From Amphiscolops sp. MND2022 (lineage: Eukaryota): a stretch of 64,000 bases of DNA. The stretch lies in the NCBI GenBank assembly GCA_964187785.1, contig OZ076416.1, positions 16,802,001 through 16,866,000 of the forward strand, read 5' to 3'. Below the pieces are notes generated by a model. The model did not search any database, was not told the DNA's origin, and saw only the letters and a list, made by a program, of their open reading frames with translations. This document shows, one piece after another, positions 50,102-63,240 of the stretch (position 1 is its first letter; every line of letters starts with the position of its first letter). The translations under genes and the position numbers were made by a program.

Positions 50102-51086
50102 AGCATATAAATGGCTTCAATTAGTTTCAAGGTCGTGCACATTCATTTCTCTGCTCGATGATGTAATCGTGTTGCGGAATTTAAAAAGAACCGCAGTGAA
50201 TCCAAGAAATTTCAATTACATGATAAAAATCTGTCTAGTCGAAACTACCGCTTTCTAGTCAGTGCGTTCTAGAAAACGGTGCAGTAGTGGTTTTTCTCGA
50301 GACCAGCGAACTGAGATTCTTTAGCTTCGTTGACCCGCCACTTGGCCTACTGGTTAGCACAGGAGTCTATGCATTGCAACAGTAGCTGGGATGCAGTTGG
50401 AATCCCGCGCTGGTCGATTTTGTTTTCATTGCATGCAGAGATAGAGGGGCCAAAGAATTTCTGGGATAACTTTCATTTTACTAAAGGGTATACTACATTT
50501 TCCGATGTTCCTTGCAAGAAAAAAACGTTTTGCTAGCATAAAAGGCACACTTTGGTTTTCCGCACTGAGCATTTTTTGGAAAAATCTCAACAGAAACTAG
50601 CTGGCTTAGATGTTTTCCAAGGGACACAATTTCATCTCACAAAAATATATACAACTGAATGCAATGAATTTTAAGACAGCAAAACGAAATGGGATTTTTC
50701 GATTACTAAGTCATCACTTCTTTAAAAAATCTCACTTCTGTCGTCAATAGCAGAAAACGACTTTCATTTCAATTCGTCAAGGTTGCTAATCTTCATTACA
50801 GTTGAAACCACGGAAGATATAATCATTATCTTCAACAATAACTATATTAAACACAAAACGTGAGTATATACAGAGGAGTATAAACATTGAGTTTTAGATC
50901 CACTTTCGTGGAAGATTTTCGTAGCTTTTCACTCGGAAAATTTCCGATGTATCCCAGCACCATTCTTCTTGCATCACAGCAAAAGACCAGAGCTTTCATT
51001 TCAAGCCATTAGCTGTGTCTCGATTGATAGCAATTTGCTCCTGCTAGCTCAAAACAGCGTACCATCGTGATTTTTTGAATTTTCTT

Positions 51087-51317
51087 TCACATCTCATCGT
51101 AACCATTTCCATTGGTATTAGAACCATTTTTCTCCTTCACAGAGTACGTTTTGAACTTGATTTCCACCGGTCCACAGCCAAACAAATCAGTTCTGTGTAG
51201 AGTGGCTATTGTCTGCTGAGCATCCTCGGTGTTCCGAAATTTGACGAAAGCGAAGTTTTTGCTCGCTTGGGTGGCCGGGTTTCTCACAATGGTAAGACAA
51301 AGCATAGCACCCACGCC
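51087..51317 (-). CDS. ELAV/Hu-like RNA-binding protein, exon 5 (RRM3 C-half and stop)
   Basis: Acceptor CAG| at 51318, phase 0. GVGAMLCLTIVRNPATQASKNFAFVKF...VEIKFKT. Confidence 0.85.
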   Translation of the reverse strand, partial: GVGAMLCLTIVRNPATQASKNFAFVKFRNTEDAQQTIATLHRTDLFGCGPVEIKFKTYSVKEKNGSNTNGNGYDEM

Positions 51318-51662
51318 CTGTTTGAAATGATAAGTGAATAAAATTGCAAAAGTTTGGACCTTCCAAAAATGAATGGAACTAAGACGGCTTTGAACCTACT
51401 GATTATTGAATAAAAAAGCAACTTTTGACGCTGAAAAAATCCAAGTTGGAAGAAACCGGGGTAACACGATCAAGGAACTAAACGATTGAAAATATAGCCA
51501 ATAAGGAAGTGCTTCAGCACTCAAACTTGATGATTTGAAGCTATTGTACAAGTCACAGAAACTTAAGAACAAAAGCCTATTACCCTGATAGAATTTCACG
51601 TCACAACTTTGACAGGATGATGTTTGATTTCGTCTAATTTTAAAACTACTAGCTAATTTAAC

Positions 51663-51827
51663 CTGATTGAGGAGGACTTTTTTCATTTGGTCTTCGTCTG
51701 TGTCTTTGCCGATATTGTAGAAGAAAAGCGTCACCCCGTCTGAGTTCGGAGGCACTTCAGGAAGAACTACTTTCTGAGGTTGATACACCGATTCGAAATT
51801 GCCCATTGTATTTTCAGCCGAAGGCTT
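51663..51827 (-). CDS. ELAV/Hu-like, exon 4 (hinge and RRM3 N-half)
   Basis: TTTCAG|KPSAENT...GVTLFFYNIGKDTDEDQMKKVLLNQ|GT, 165 nt, phase 0-0. Confidence 0.85.
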
Positions 51828-52137
51828 CTGAAAAATGAAAACTTTCGCAAAATTGAAATCTTAGAATCTCCAGGAATATTCGTAATTTCAATACTGTATT
51901 TGCAGAGGCGCCCGCAAAACTCTTCTGGAGGTAAAAACTGTCAACCTAAGGATGAAAAATGGATCCCCTACTAATCGTAACTCCAGAGAAAATCGTAACT
52001 CTTGCTTATTATCACATCTATCCAATCAAACACTCTGCGACGAAATGTTTAGGAAAATAACTACATCAGAGAAATCGTATGATTTGATCATTGAATGCAT
52101 AATCAAAATTTCTCAGGAACTTTCAGCAAGGGCCAAC

Positions 52138-52347
52138 CTTCCGTTTTGGAGGCGGAGGAGGTATCATGGACGGATCCAAATCAAACATGGGAACGCCTCG
52201 TTTCATCGCTTCATGGCCTGGGAAAGATGTTGCTGTATGATAATCCGGCTGCCCGGTGACAGTTGGGTTTTGCACAGTTGCATTTTCGTACGCTAATCTT
52301 TGCACTTTCTTTTTCTCTGCTTGTATACTCTGGTCGGATACACTAAT
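52138..52347 (-). CDS. ELAV/Hu-like, exon 3 (hinge)
   Basis: TTTAG|ISVSDQSIQAEKKKVQ...PPPPPKRK|GT, 210 nt, phase 0-0, open. Confidence 0.7.
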
Positions 52348-55300
52348 CTAAATCAAGAATGACTAGAAATCCAATTGTAAATAAATTCATACAGAACTTT
52401 TCAATTGATGATCTATTTTAATTTAAGCAGTAGAAAACCTCAGTTCAGGTACAAAAAAACTTCAAAAGTCGAAAAGACTCTGAGGCAACACTGGATTTTT
52501 TACCAGCCCACATAAAAAGCATTTAGCTGATTTTCTCGGTAAACGCGGAAGGCTACAAGTTCATCAGAATTAGAGATTTATTGAAAAAAATAGACAAAGT
52601 TGGGGCTCTTTCACCTTTTCACTCGAATTCGGCAAAAGTGTGAAGTTCCAAAAAATGATAATTACAGTTTGTTTGATCTTTCATGTTTACAAAGCATGGC
52701 TAAACACTTGAAAGAGATTTTATAGATGTTAGTCCACATTTCTGACGTTTTCATTGATTCTAGTCCCGTAGTTTTTTTACAGGAAAATGTCAAAACATGC
52801 GTTTTTCGACGATTTGTTCAATTTGGACCTCTCAGTCTCGTGAAACCGGAAATGGTCAAACTGTTTTTCTTTTGAGAATTACGCTCGAAAACAGTCAAAA
52901 TTCTAACTGGCGGAAACCCATACATCCCATTGCTGAGACAACGTATCGATTCAATGGCTTCGGCGTAGTTTCGGATCCTGGCACTTCCCGACAAAAAAGT
53001 GAACAACCCGGAAACCGGATTTTTTTGAGAACTAAAGATCGAAAAGAGCAAAAGTATTTCAAAGCGTCCAGGAATTGAAAAATTCTCAATCTCATAGTAC
53101 CGAAAACCAAAGGGTGTGACACTATGTGCCTAATTTTGTTTTGTTTTTTCTACAAAAAATTCCCAAAAAAGTTACACAGGGCGGAAAAAGCGTTGGGCTT
53201 CAAAACTTTTACCTATCCGAAAAAAAATTAAAACCAAAGGGTTTCTTCAGTATTTCCTCGAAGCTTATAAGTTTGAGTTCTTCTTTTTCAAACAGCATGT
53301 TCTCAGTCAATTGTCTCTGCCTGCTGATGACTGGCGCCAACAAACCTAATTATTCACATTCGGACACAGTATGAATCAAACCCAACCAGCAATCAAAAAT
53401 GGAATTTCTTTCACGACTGGGTGGAGTGGATATGCATTGTACTGCGACCATTTTTTGTGGAAAGCGAATTGTCAGAAAAAATACAAAGCTGGCGAGTCTT
53501 CCGACGAAAAAATCGCAAAAGTATATGCATATCCTGACGAAAATTTATCAAAAGATACCGCTTCTGGCTAATTTGGAAGAGCAGCTATTTCTTAAGTTCA
53601 ACAAATAGTATTGGGACTTAAAACTGGTAAACGAGATTGTTAAAGCTGCTGAATGATTGGTTCATACCTTGTCTATTGCTACCAAGCTGTTTCACGATTT
53701 TGTAAAAAAATACAAAACTTCCTGAATAAATCACTTTTGATTTTGTAAAAGTCCTATTATTGCAAATACTCATTAGTAACCGGTCCTAACAATCAATCAA
53801 TTGTGCGTGCCAACAAAAGTCCGATCGGTTTTATTACATACCACAAGGCTTGTACATTCGTCAGGTATAAGCTTGCAGTTCAGAAAGTAATTTAGTTTCA
53901 AGCACGTATGTACGAAGGTAATTTTGATGCATGTATTGGGTTCTCCGGCATTTTACTAAGAGAAACTTTAGTTGATGCTCAAAGTTTTATTATCGGTCAA
54001 CTAGTTTATAGCTCCAAATCTCCGGTGGGTCCCAATTTATTTTTCACTCACTTTTGTCACGTAGATATTTTAACTTGTAATTTAAATATCAAGTATGATT
54101 GAAGCATACTTAGAGGACAAACAACAAACACTTTTGATGCTACTTAACGTATAGTTAATCAGACTGTATGAGTTTCGAAGTACCTGTTACTTTTGTATTG
54201 AACTATATATCTTGATAAAGCTTAGTAGACTCGACGAATAAAAGACGATAAAGATTAACTCGACGAAAACAGTTATGTTAAAAATCTTTTGTATCAGAAG
54301 AGATTCCAACATGGAGCAATCTTATACTTAGCCAAGACACATCCATCAAACTTCACCCACAAATGGATGAATCAAACATTTCACTAGTGAATGGAGAACG
54401 AGCCAACTAGAGGCCGGAACTAATATCCAACAGATAAATACAGCCCAATGGAACAACGATGAGAACAGGACAACGGACTTACACAAAAAATCTCACCAAA
54501 CCTAGCCTGAAGAAGTATGATGGTGGCGAAAATTGGTCCAGTTGAGTTTTTGAACACTTGTCCAGACACTAGTGGAGACCAAAGTGGTCGTTTCAAAAAT
54601 GTTTTTGGAATGAACCATGCCATTGCCAAAAGGATCCGGAAAGTGCATCACATGTGAGTGAAGCAGTTTATTCATGGAAAAGAGGCCACTTGACGGCAAA
54701 TTCCAAGGACTATTGGGCCAAAGGTTTCCATATCGACCACCTGCCAGATCCGCAGTTACTAGCCATCAAAGCCACTTTCAGAGGCCCTCATCTTGGTGAG
54801 CCAACATGCCCCGTAGTGGATATTTCTTGTCGGGCCAGAAGCTCTGGTTATTTCCCCGTGAAAACGGTGCTTTGAAGCGAGCAATTAATCGAGGTTGGAA
54901 GGTGGACGAGCTTGCACATTATTTGACTTTAATTTGTTGATATATCTACTGCGTCAAATGAGGATGGCACAATCAAAAGTCGTTTGTTGCAGGATCAAGA
55001 TAGCTTGGCACGAAATTCGACGGCAAATCAACGGCCAGGAGGGACGAAAGTCAAGCAGCAGAATGTAGCACACTGTGTCGGGTATACTTGGGCTGGGAGC
55101 AGGTGTTGTTGGGGCAGCACTTCTATCGTCTACAGTGTGATCTGAGGGGTTGTCGACGTTGAACCGGACTCGAGACAAATGGCTCCTTCCGACAGCCAAG
55201 ACCGAAGGTCCCTGGAGCTCCCAAAAGGAGGAAGAAGCCCGCAAAGCGGAGAGTACCATTTTATCGAAAACAAAACACTCGAGGAAAAGCTCCGAGTAGG

Positions 55301-55989
55301 TAGTGGTTTTACAATATAAATAAAAAGTTAGAGCAAAACGAATTACGCAAAAACGCACAGCACGGTGCAATGCATGAGCACCGTAATCGAAAAAACCCGT
55401 ATATAAAAAACAACCCATGCGACTTTGTACGTGAGATGTAAAATTAGGCGGTATAAAAATTTAGTATTGTCTAGGAAATACAAAAATAGTCGAGAGGGTA
55501 TAGCCAACACGAAACGAGTAACGTTCAAGGGAGAGGGCAGTGAACTAAAAATTGAGCCATAGATGAGAGCAAATTTCCGTTACGGACACATAACGGAAAT
55601 GTATAAAGGTTTGATTGTTAGCAGGCAAAGAGAAGAGACAAGAGATTGACGTGATAATGAAACTGCGCTTTGATATTGATGTTTGTGTTGTTTTACGGTT
55701 ATTAGTTTCGGCCCAATGTTGAATATTGAATTGAATTGATATGTTATGAAATTTGCATTATGAAGGTAGGCATTGAGACAATCATATCACTTATGAAACA
55801 ATAAACTAATATTGAGAGCACTTGAAATAGGTTTTATTTAGTTCAGCCAAACATAGAAAGCACTTAGTTTACACTCGTGAGATTTAAATAACCATAATGC
55901 TGAAGGTTGGAAATGTCATTCCAGAAAAAAATGCACCTCGAAGTAATGGCTGTAGCTATGATCTCGCTAGCAATGATGGGGAAGAAGAC

Positions 55990-57340
55990 CTACCGAATTG
56001 CGCCCAGTGCGCACTTATATCAGAAAAGCATTTGGACTGACAGTCAGCCATTTTGAGTGCGTGATATGCCTGGCTACAACCAAGTTTAGCAAAGGTGAAA
56101 GTGCCTGCTAGGTGGGTGCCGGTATCAGCCAACTGGCTGCAAGCAATGCGATTGTCTCGGAGTGACTATTGTAAAGTTACCCATGGTAGTGTCCTTCGGC
56201 AGCATATTCATGTTAGTACAATTCAAAAACGCAAGGAGTTTGATTTTGAGTGATTTTTGAAAGCGAGGTAGTCATACATACACCGGTTTTTAGCTCAAAG
56301 CGGGGATTTGGGTCAATAATACAGCAGAATACCACCGTGTCTACCGAAAAACTTTCAGGCATGAAAAATTTCCAAACCGAAGGGAGAGAAAAAATATGTA
56401 GGGAAAAAATGGTAACTGAATTTAGGAGAGACTCACGTGGTAAAGATTGCTTCCCAATTTTTTCGCTGTCGATCGAATGACACTTGGTGGTATCGTTTGG
56501 GTGGTGATCGTTTGAGGCAATACTGGATGCTATAGTCCATCTTGCAGTAGTTGCAAAAGCGATGGTTGTAGGTGTTCCAATCGTTCTAGCCCTGCTGTTG
56601 GTGTAGTCAATGTTGGGTATACCAGTCAGGCGGTGTTGAATTTCAGATCCGGCACTGCGGCTGGTTGTTATCCTGCTGCTGTTGATGACCAGCCCAACTG
56701 TTGTCCATTGGAGTTTTGTTGTGCGTTTCAAAGTGTTGACTTCTGATAATTTAGTATTTTAATTACGCATGGCAGTTTGGGTCTTCTGAAGTTCTGCCAA
56801 AGACGCCAGAAGTGTACAACTTGGGACGATGACAGCTCGTTAACGGCAGAGCCACAGTCGGCTTGCAGGTATTTTGATCAATAATTACTCTGCGGACTGC
56901 TCGTTCGCATAGATCCTCTACTGTGTTCGTTTCGCAAATGTGAGGAGATATTGAGTTTGTTGGGGAGCTCACTTATGAAGGCTTCTTTAACTCGACGGTT
57001 GCGCTGATTGCCGCGAATGTCAGCTGCCACAGCTGGCGGCTGCTCGTGCTACAAAATCTCGGTAACCCGAGTTGACCATATGTTGTAGTTTGTTTAGGAA
57101 ATCGTGTACTGTTTTTTTGAGGCATTATTCTCTCTTGTAGTAAACTTAAGCTTGTGACTCAAGGCGATGAGGATTCACATACCTGTTGCGAAGTGACGTT
57201 AGTGCTTCTTCAAAATTTAGTGGGGTAGCTCCAGGTAATTGATCGAAAAATGACAACGCTGTTCCTCTCAGATGTACAGCTGCGTAGTTGGTCCAGAGAA
57301 GGGTTGCAAATCAATGAACGGTTGCAACTGAGCCATTGTT
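55990..57340 (-). mobile_element. Deleted Gypsy relic (gag, knuckle, protease, RT fragment) in the ELAV intron
   Basis: HLRGTALSFFDQLP...LRNRY; FCNYCKMDYSIQYC; VDTVVF (decayed DTG); FAKLGCSQAYHALKMAD. Confidence 0.7.
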
Positions 57341-58720
57341 GAAGAAAATTGGAGCAAGTAATCAGGCCAAATATCGCACCATATCAAGTTTGTTTCATGT
57401 TTGATGTTTCAATTCCTTCATTCAATGTGTGGGTTTCTCCGTTTAGAATATGACCTCAAGGGCATGACGAATTGATTTCAGTTTTATTCTGGCTAATTTT
57501 TACTGCAATTTATTGTGAACCTCTAGCTACAACCATCCGACACTTCATTTAGATACTACCTTAACATACCTTCAGTTGGGCCTCATTGTACTCACTGCAT
57601 CCACAATATTGCATAATGATTGCATCCACAGAAAATTCTCAACATGCAGGTGATATCCTCAAGAGGGTTGGTCAAAATGTGTTTTACAAAAAAACGTTTA
57701 AAATATGTTTAAAACATCATTTTTTTTCGTGTCACGAAAACGATCCCAAAACTTTTATCCCAAGAAATTACCATTTTGAGCATTTTGTCTACAGTTTTTG
57801 TTGTTGAAATTCAACAATTTTCAGCATCGGAAGAGCTCAGCATCTATCAAGCGTTGAAAACAAAAAATAAGACGCCCGCTGACAAGCGGTGTAATTCGGA
57901 CCCCAACTGCTCTACTACGACATGATTTTGAGACGCAACAATAGCCAATGAAAAATGGGAAAAATTTCAAACATTGAGCAAACCATTAGGAAAAAACATT
58001 AAAAAAACAAGTTTAAAACAGTGTTTTAATAACCCCTGTTTAAAACATGCCAACTCTAATCCTCAGAATATTTGTCCGGAAAGAAGTTCCAGTAGAATGT
58101 TTGCAGCCGCCGTTTTAGACCTTTAGGTTCGTAAAGGTTGACATATTCGATTAGAATGTTGCCCAGTAGGGCAAGCTTTGTACCAAAAACTGTTTGTTCC
58201 AGCCTTTTTTTGTCTTGGGGATTTTGAATGTTTTGTTGAAGGACTGCCACGAAGAGCTTTCTACCAATTGCACGAAATCTTTCCATTTTATTTCAAACTT
58301 CCTGTCCATGATTCCCGCTTATAAGAAGTGTATGCATCTCGTAATAAAGACTGATTGGTGAAATATTTGAGTCTTGGCCGCTTCTCGTATGGGCGATGGG
58401 ATGTACTAAGAATCCAAACGAGTTAATTTGTGCTGTACTGTTCAAACTTTCTCCACATGAGCAAGATCTCCAGACTATAAAGTTACGCCAAACGTCATAA
58501 TTGGCATGTATCCACCGTGAGCATGCAATTTTTCATTAACATCCGCGAGACAGCTATATTTCTGACACTAAAAAAACGGTTTCATTGCTTTCTCGCATCT
58601 GACAGCAGCTTGTTCTTTCCACGTCAAGTTGGTTGTGAGATAAATACCGAGGTCTTTCTGAACGATTACAGACTCGAAGTCATCAGTCAATGGAGCGAAT
58701 ATTCACCTTTCGGTGGCAGA

Positions 58721-58798
58721 ACAGTGCATTTTTCTCGTTTCAACCACAGTGCTTTTTCCTCGTTTCAACCACAGTGCATTTTCCTCGTTTCAACCACA
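58721..58798. repeat. 25-bp tandem repeat, about 3 copies
   Basis: ACAGTGCATTTTCCTCGTTTCAACC-like units at 58721, 58746 and 58771. Confidence 0.92.
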
Positions 58799-59256
58799 AT
58801 TTGTGGAGTTCGGACCACTATGACATACGGCGCATTGTTGTCCTCCAAAATTTCCTGGCTAGTTGCAAGAACTTGGATGTCGTCAGCGTACATAAGAATT
58901 GGATTTTCGATTTCATTGGGGACGTCGTTCACCATTATCAGAAATATAAGAGGGCCGATTAGAGAGTCATGCGGAACGCCACTATCCACATGTTGTTCAT
59001 TAGAGACAATAACAATCGATGGCGACATACTGCCTTCTGTTCGTTGAATAGTTCTGGATGACTCGTAATAACTTCCCACCTACTCCATGGTTGTTGCATT
59101 TTTCCAGAAGAACACTGTGCAGTACTGAGTGCAAAGACTTTGAAAGTCGATACAATACGTACAGTTCTTTGCACAGAGCAGATACTTGTTTGTAGACAGT
59201 ATCAAAAATTTCAGCATTTGAGTTATCACAGATGATTTTCTCGAACACTTTCATTA

Positions 59257-59791
59257 CAGTGCACAGGCAAGCTATTTTGCTGCTTTTCGTGGAATCCGGG
59301 ACACGAAAATTGAGAAAAGTCGTGGAATCCAGGACAAAATTTCTCTTTGATGTTAAGCGTGTCTTGGATTCCACGACAGCGCTTGTCCAATTTGTGTGAT
59401 ATTGGTGTGTTTGTCTGAATCATTTTGAGTTAATATACGAAAAGTAGTACATAATATTATGTTTGTTCAGTCATCCACTTGAATTTCATTCAAGAAGAGA
59501 TGCCGCGAATCGCGTCAAGCACAAAGTCGTGGAATCCAGGATTTTTATGATTTCTGCAATCTGATTGGTTCATTTTGCAAAACTTACGTTTTTGTGGAAT
59601 CCGGGACACAGCGGCAAGCCGACAGTGCGCACAGCTAAGCATTTGTTACTGGAATCCACGACGAAATCCGTGGAATCCGGGACATATGACGTAATTTGCC
59701 AATTTTGCACGGTTAAAGGTATGGTGGTGGAATCTGAGGTATTGAAAGCACAAAGTTGCGCTTTGAGCATATTAAGCTTGCCTATGCACTC
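59257..59791. mobile_element. Tc1/mariner-type MITE in the LINE
   Basis: TA on both sides (59255-59256, 59792-59793). TIR CAGTGCACAGGCAAGC / GCTTGCCTATGCACTC. About 8 internal GTGGAATCC-like motifs. Confidence 0.85.
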
Positions 59792-60445
59792 TAATCTTTG
59801 AGGTGGAGCATAAAGGACTAACATGCCTATAATTTTCGACATCACTTCGATCCCCTTCCTTGTGTATTGGTACTATGATACTTGTTTTCCAGCATGTAGG
59901 CAAATCTCCCGTGCTGACGATGTCTCGGAAAATTAAACATAGTGACTTTCCCAGCGATGATGATAAGTTTTTCAGGACAGTATTTCCGAGGCCATAAGGA
60001 CAAGTGGCTTTTTTCGCGTCGAGCGCCGACAATACGTTCGTAACAGATTGTGGTATATGTGGTAATGTATACGGAATTAAGTTTTCTATCAAAGTTCAGA
60101 TCGACTGAATTATCGTGCTGATAAACACTGTTAAAGAACCTGTTGAAGAGAGCTGCTGCTTGTCCGGTGGCTGATATACCGTTCCCATGAACTCTTTCGG
60201 GGATTTCTTGTCCCTTCCGTATGCTTTTATAATATTTAAGTAAATTGCTGTACCTCTGAACGAAAAACCTATCAATATCAAAACCTATTAGCCTATGTTG
60301 TTTCCGAACAGCTTTTTACACACAGACTTGTGCTTACTCCGCGAGACATGCGCTAAGCACCTTAGTGTCATATCTTTAACTTTTTTCTCTTTAACTTGTC
60401 TCTTTTCGCCGCATTTCTTCTATGGAAAACGTCAAAAGGTCTTAC

Positions 60446-60678
60446 TTTAACGCCGATTGGTTGTGTGAAGAAGTCATCAGAATATAGATTCAAAGCTTCA
60501 ATACTGGCTTTGGCGTCCATTTCTTCTTGATATGTAATGAATGCATAACCCTTGGCACATCCGTCACTTTTGAGAGGCATTTGCACTTCAACTATTTCCC
60601 CAAATTCCTCGAAAAGCTCTCGCAGTTTAGGCTCAGTTGTTTCAGCAGGTAGTTTCGAAACAAAGATTCTGGCAGTTC
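60446..60678 (-). CDS. ELAV/Hu-like, exon 2 (RRM2)
   Basis: TTCAG|GA ACT, phase 1. ARIFVSKLP...KGYAFITY...QPIGVK|GTAAGA. Confidence 0.85.
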
Positions 60679-60834
60679 CTGAAGCAGAAAGATTTATAAG
60701 AACTTCCCTTTCTTTTTTCCGTGCGGGGTACTTTCGTAGATAGATTCGGGTCTACACAGTGTTGAAAGATTAAAACAGTAGTATTATGCCATACTGTCTC
60801 AAGTACTGGTCTACCACTGAGTAATCGGACCAAC

Positions 60835-61102
60835 CTTTTGGGGTATGATTTTTGCGAGCATATTGGATCTTGAGAATCTTGCCATTTATTTCAGAGGAAT
60901 GCAGTTCGGACAAGGCTCTTTCCGCGTCTTCCTCTTTGCGAAAATCAACGAATCCATACCCGAGGCTTTCTTTTGTGGTTTTGTTCTTGATAATATTGTG
61001 CGACCTTATTGGACCGATTTGGGCAAAGAGATCACCAAACTCATCGTCGGTCATAGACAATGGGAGCTGATTGACAATGAGATTTGTTTTAGAGACTGCC
61101 AT
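60835..61102 (-). CDS. ELAV/Hu-like, exon 1 (RRM1)
   Basis: MAVSKTNLIVNQLP...ESLGYGFVDF...LKIQYAR matches the ELAV/Sxl RRM1 pattern. The phase-1 splice gives a 9-residue RRM1-RRM2 linker as in ELAV. Five exons total 1107 nt with no internal stop found. Confidence 0.9.
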
Positions 61103-61793
61103 TGCACAATCTCATCAGGACCATTAAAAACCCTGAAAACACAAAAACACATTCGAACGAATTAGGCAATAAGTGCATCACTTTATCAAAATACAGAAAC
61201 AAGACTTATAACAATCTGAATAAATTCAAAGCTGTCCCGTTCTCATGCCGTCAGGAATTGAATAATATACACAAACAACCACGGTTTCAAACTTCAATGG
61301 CTCTGGAATATCGCGAGAAGGCAATAGAAAATCTTCGGCACAAATTGAAGTTGGTTCGTGGTCGCAAGATATATATTTTTTCGAGTACATGTATCCGCAA
61401 TTTGTGGGAGGGTGTTTTACGAATAATAAGTCAAAAGCATTGAGAGATGGATAAAATTGTTAGGCTTTAGTGATGAAGAGATCTTCACTAGACTGAATCA
61501 CTTTCTCAACACACATGTCAAAAAAAGTATTGACAAAAATCAATCTTCAATAATCCGACATCCCAGCCACGATCAGAAGAGGGAACCACGATACGGTCGA
61601 CTTCCTATTGTCGAATTTAAAGCTTCTTCCTAGCGTCGAAGTCCCATTGTCAAAAAATTTGTCGAAGTAAGTGCGTCGACGCAAGTTTTAAATCACCAAA
61701 AACACATTTGCGTCGCGAATAACAATGTTTTTAGGAATTAGGTCCAGTTTGTATAATACCCTAGGTGAATATCCTGTAGAAAATCGTAGGTGC

Positions 61794-61826
61794 TCCAGTT
61801 TGTAGAAATTTTTTCTACAAACTGGA
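61794..61826. repeat. Hairpin, 15-bp arms
   Basis: TCCAGTTTGTAGAAA-TTT-TTTCTACAAACTGGA. The TCTACAAACTGG motif recurs near 62650 and 62725. Confidence 0.9.
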
Positions 61827-62402
61827 CATCCTTGTCACAAGATTCTGAGAGCTCCACTGCCTAAGATCTAAAGGAATAAGATCTAACCAGAGCCGCATAT
61901 GCGGTAAAGGAGTCGGCTTAAGTCTTTTTCCTTCTAACTCGCTTTCGTTCGAATCGTATGAACAGTTTGAGAGAAAATCGAAAAAATGAGTTTTTTTGGC
62001 CATTTTTGGGCTAAATTTGGCTATGTTTCTCACATCTCAGCCATACGAATTTAATGAAATTGCACATAAAGGACCATAATATGGTGTAGAATGACTGTAG
62101 AAAATTTCGTTCGAATCGTATGGACAGTTTTTGAGAAAATCGAAAAAAGTCGAAAAATGGCTGTTTTTTGGCCATTTTTGGGCTAATTTTGGCTATGTTT
62201 CTCACATCCCAGCCATACGATTTTGATGCCTTTGCACACGCAGGGGCCCCTTTGGATGTAGAATGATTGTGCAAAGTTTCGTGAAAATCGTATAGACAGT
62301 TTTTGAGAAATTCGAAATTGTCATGAAAAGGTCGGGAGAAAAAAACCCAGCACGATGGCATAAGTAGTCGAAAATTTTTCCGCCTCCTAAAAACTGAAAT
62401 GT

Positions 62403-63240
62403 GAGGCATATCCGGTGCTTGCACGCTCGCCCTCACCGTCGCGAAGACCAGCTCCCACTACGATCGCTTCTCGATCTCCGTTCCCGCTAGGTCTTTGCTC
62501 CTCTTCGACCTCGCTTAGCAAGTTGGGAACATAAGCGGTCCCAAGGGACCGCGGGGCACTAAAGGAAGTGGGGACAGATCCGAGGCACGTTTTGTACTTT
62601 CCATCATTCCTCCATTATTGGTCTTATTGTTTTTCCTAAACTCCAGAACTCTACAAACTGGGTCTAACCACTTTGTAGAAAACGCGTTTGTGGAAAAAAT
62701 ACTCTACAAATTTGACCTCACTTTTCTACAAACTGGTTTTCTATAAAATAGGTATGGCTACTCTTCCACGCTCTACTCGATTGAACTCAAAATCTTCTGT
62801 CAAATGCGGAGCCTGCAAGAAGCTGGTCAAAGATTCCGAGCCATCGGCAATTGTTTGTTCCTCCTGCAACTGTTGGTTTAGGTGCGTGGAATCAGGTCTA
62901 ATGAAATAGATCTAAGAGAGGGGGCAAAACTGAGGTCTAAATAAATTGATCTAAAAAATCAAGTCTAAAAATCTCTTCTAAATTGATCTAATTTGAGAAA
63001 AACAATAAGTCAATGAGGATCTAAAACTAAAAAGTGATAAAAAGTATAAAACGTGCCTCCGATATGTCCCCACTTCCTCTAGTGCCCCGCGGCCCCTTGA
63101 GGCCGCCTATATTCCCATCTTGCTAAGCGAGGTCGAACAGGAGCAAAGACCTAGCGGGAACGGAGATGGCAAATCGATCGTAGTGGGAACTGGTCTTCAC
63201 AACGGCAAGGGCGAGCATGCATACACCGGATATGCCAAAC
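62403..63240. repeat. Inverted pair of an about 200-bp GC-rich dispersed repeat (62403-62600 and 63043-63240; partial third copy near 63490-63555)
   Basis: For example GACCTCGCTTAGCAAG versus CTTGCTAAGCGAGGTC, and CCCACTACGATC versus GATCGTAGTGGG. Confidence 0.85.

Larger units (their letters stand above)
58050..60092 (-). mobile_element. 5'-truncated LINE (CR1/L2-like) reverse transcriptase relic
   Basis: WKTSIIVPIHKEGDRSDVENYRHVS; VFEKII; GVPHDSLIGPLIF; MYADD (58879-58890); tail LKRRLQTFYWNFF. Interrupted by insertions. Confidence 0.85.

Noticed and set aside
53330-54100. Possible nested plus-strand gene resembling a non-specific endonuclease (NPTSNQKWN, DHFLWKANC)
   Set aside because: The motifs lie in different frames with stops and no catalytic RGH motif was found; needs a profile search.
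54360-55530. Possible accessory-region fragment of another LTR element
   Set aside because: Composition is suggestive but no diagnostic motif, LTR or homologue was found in the window.
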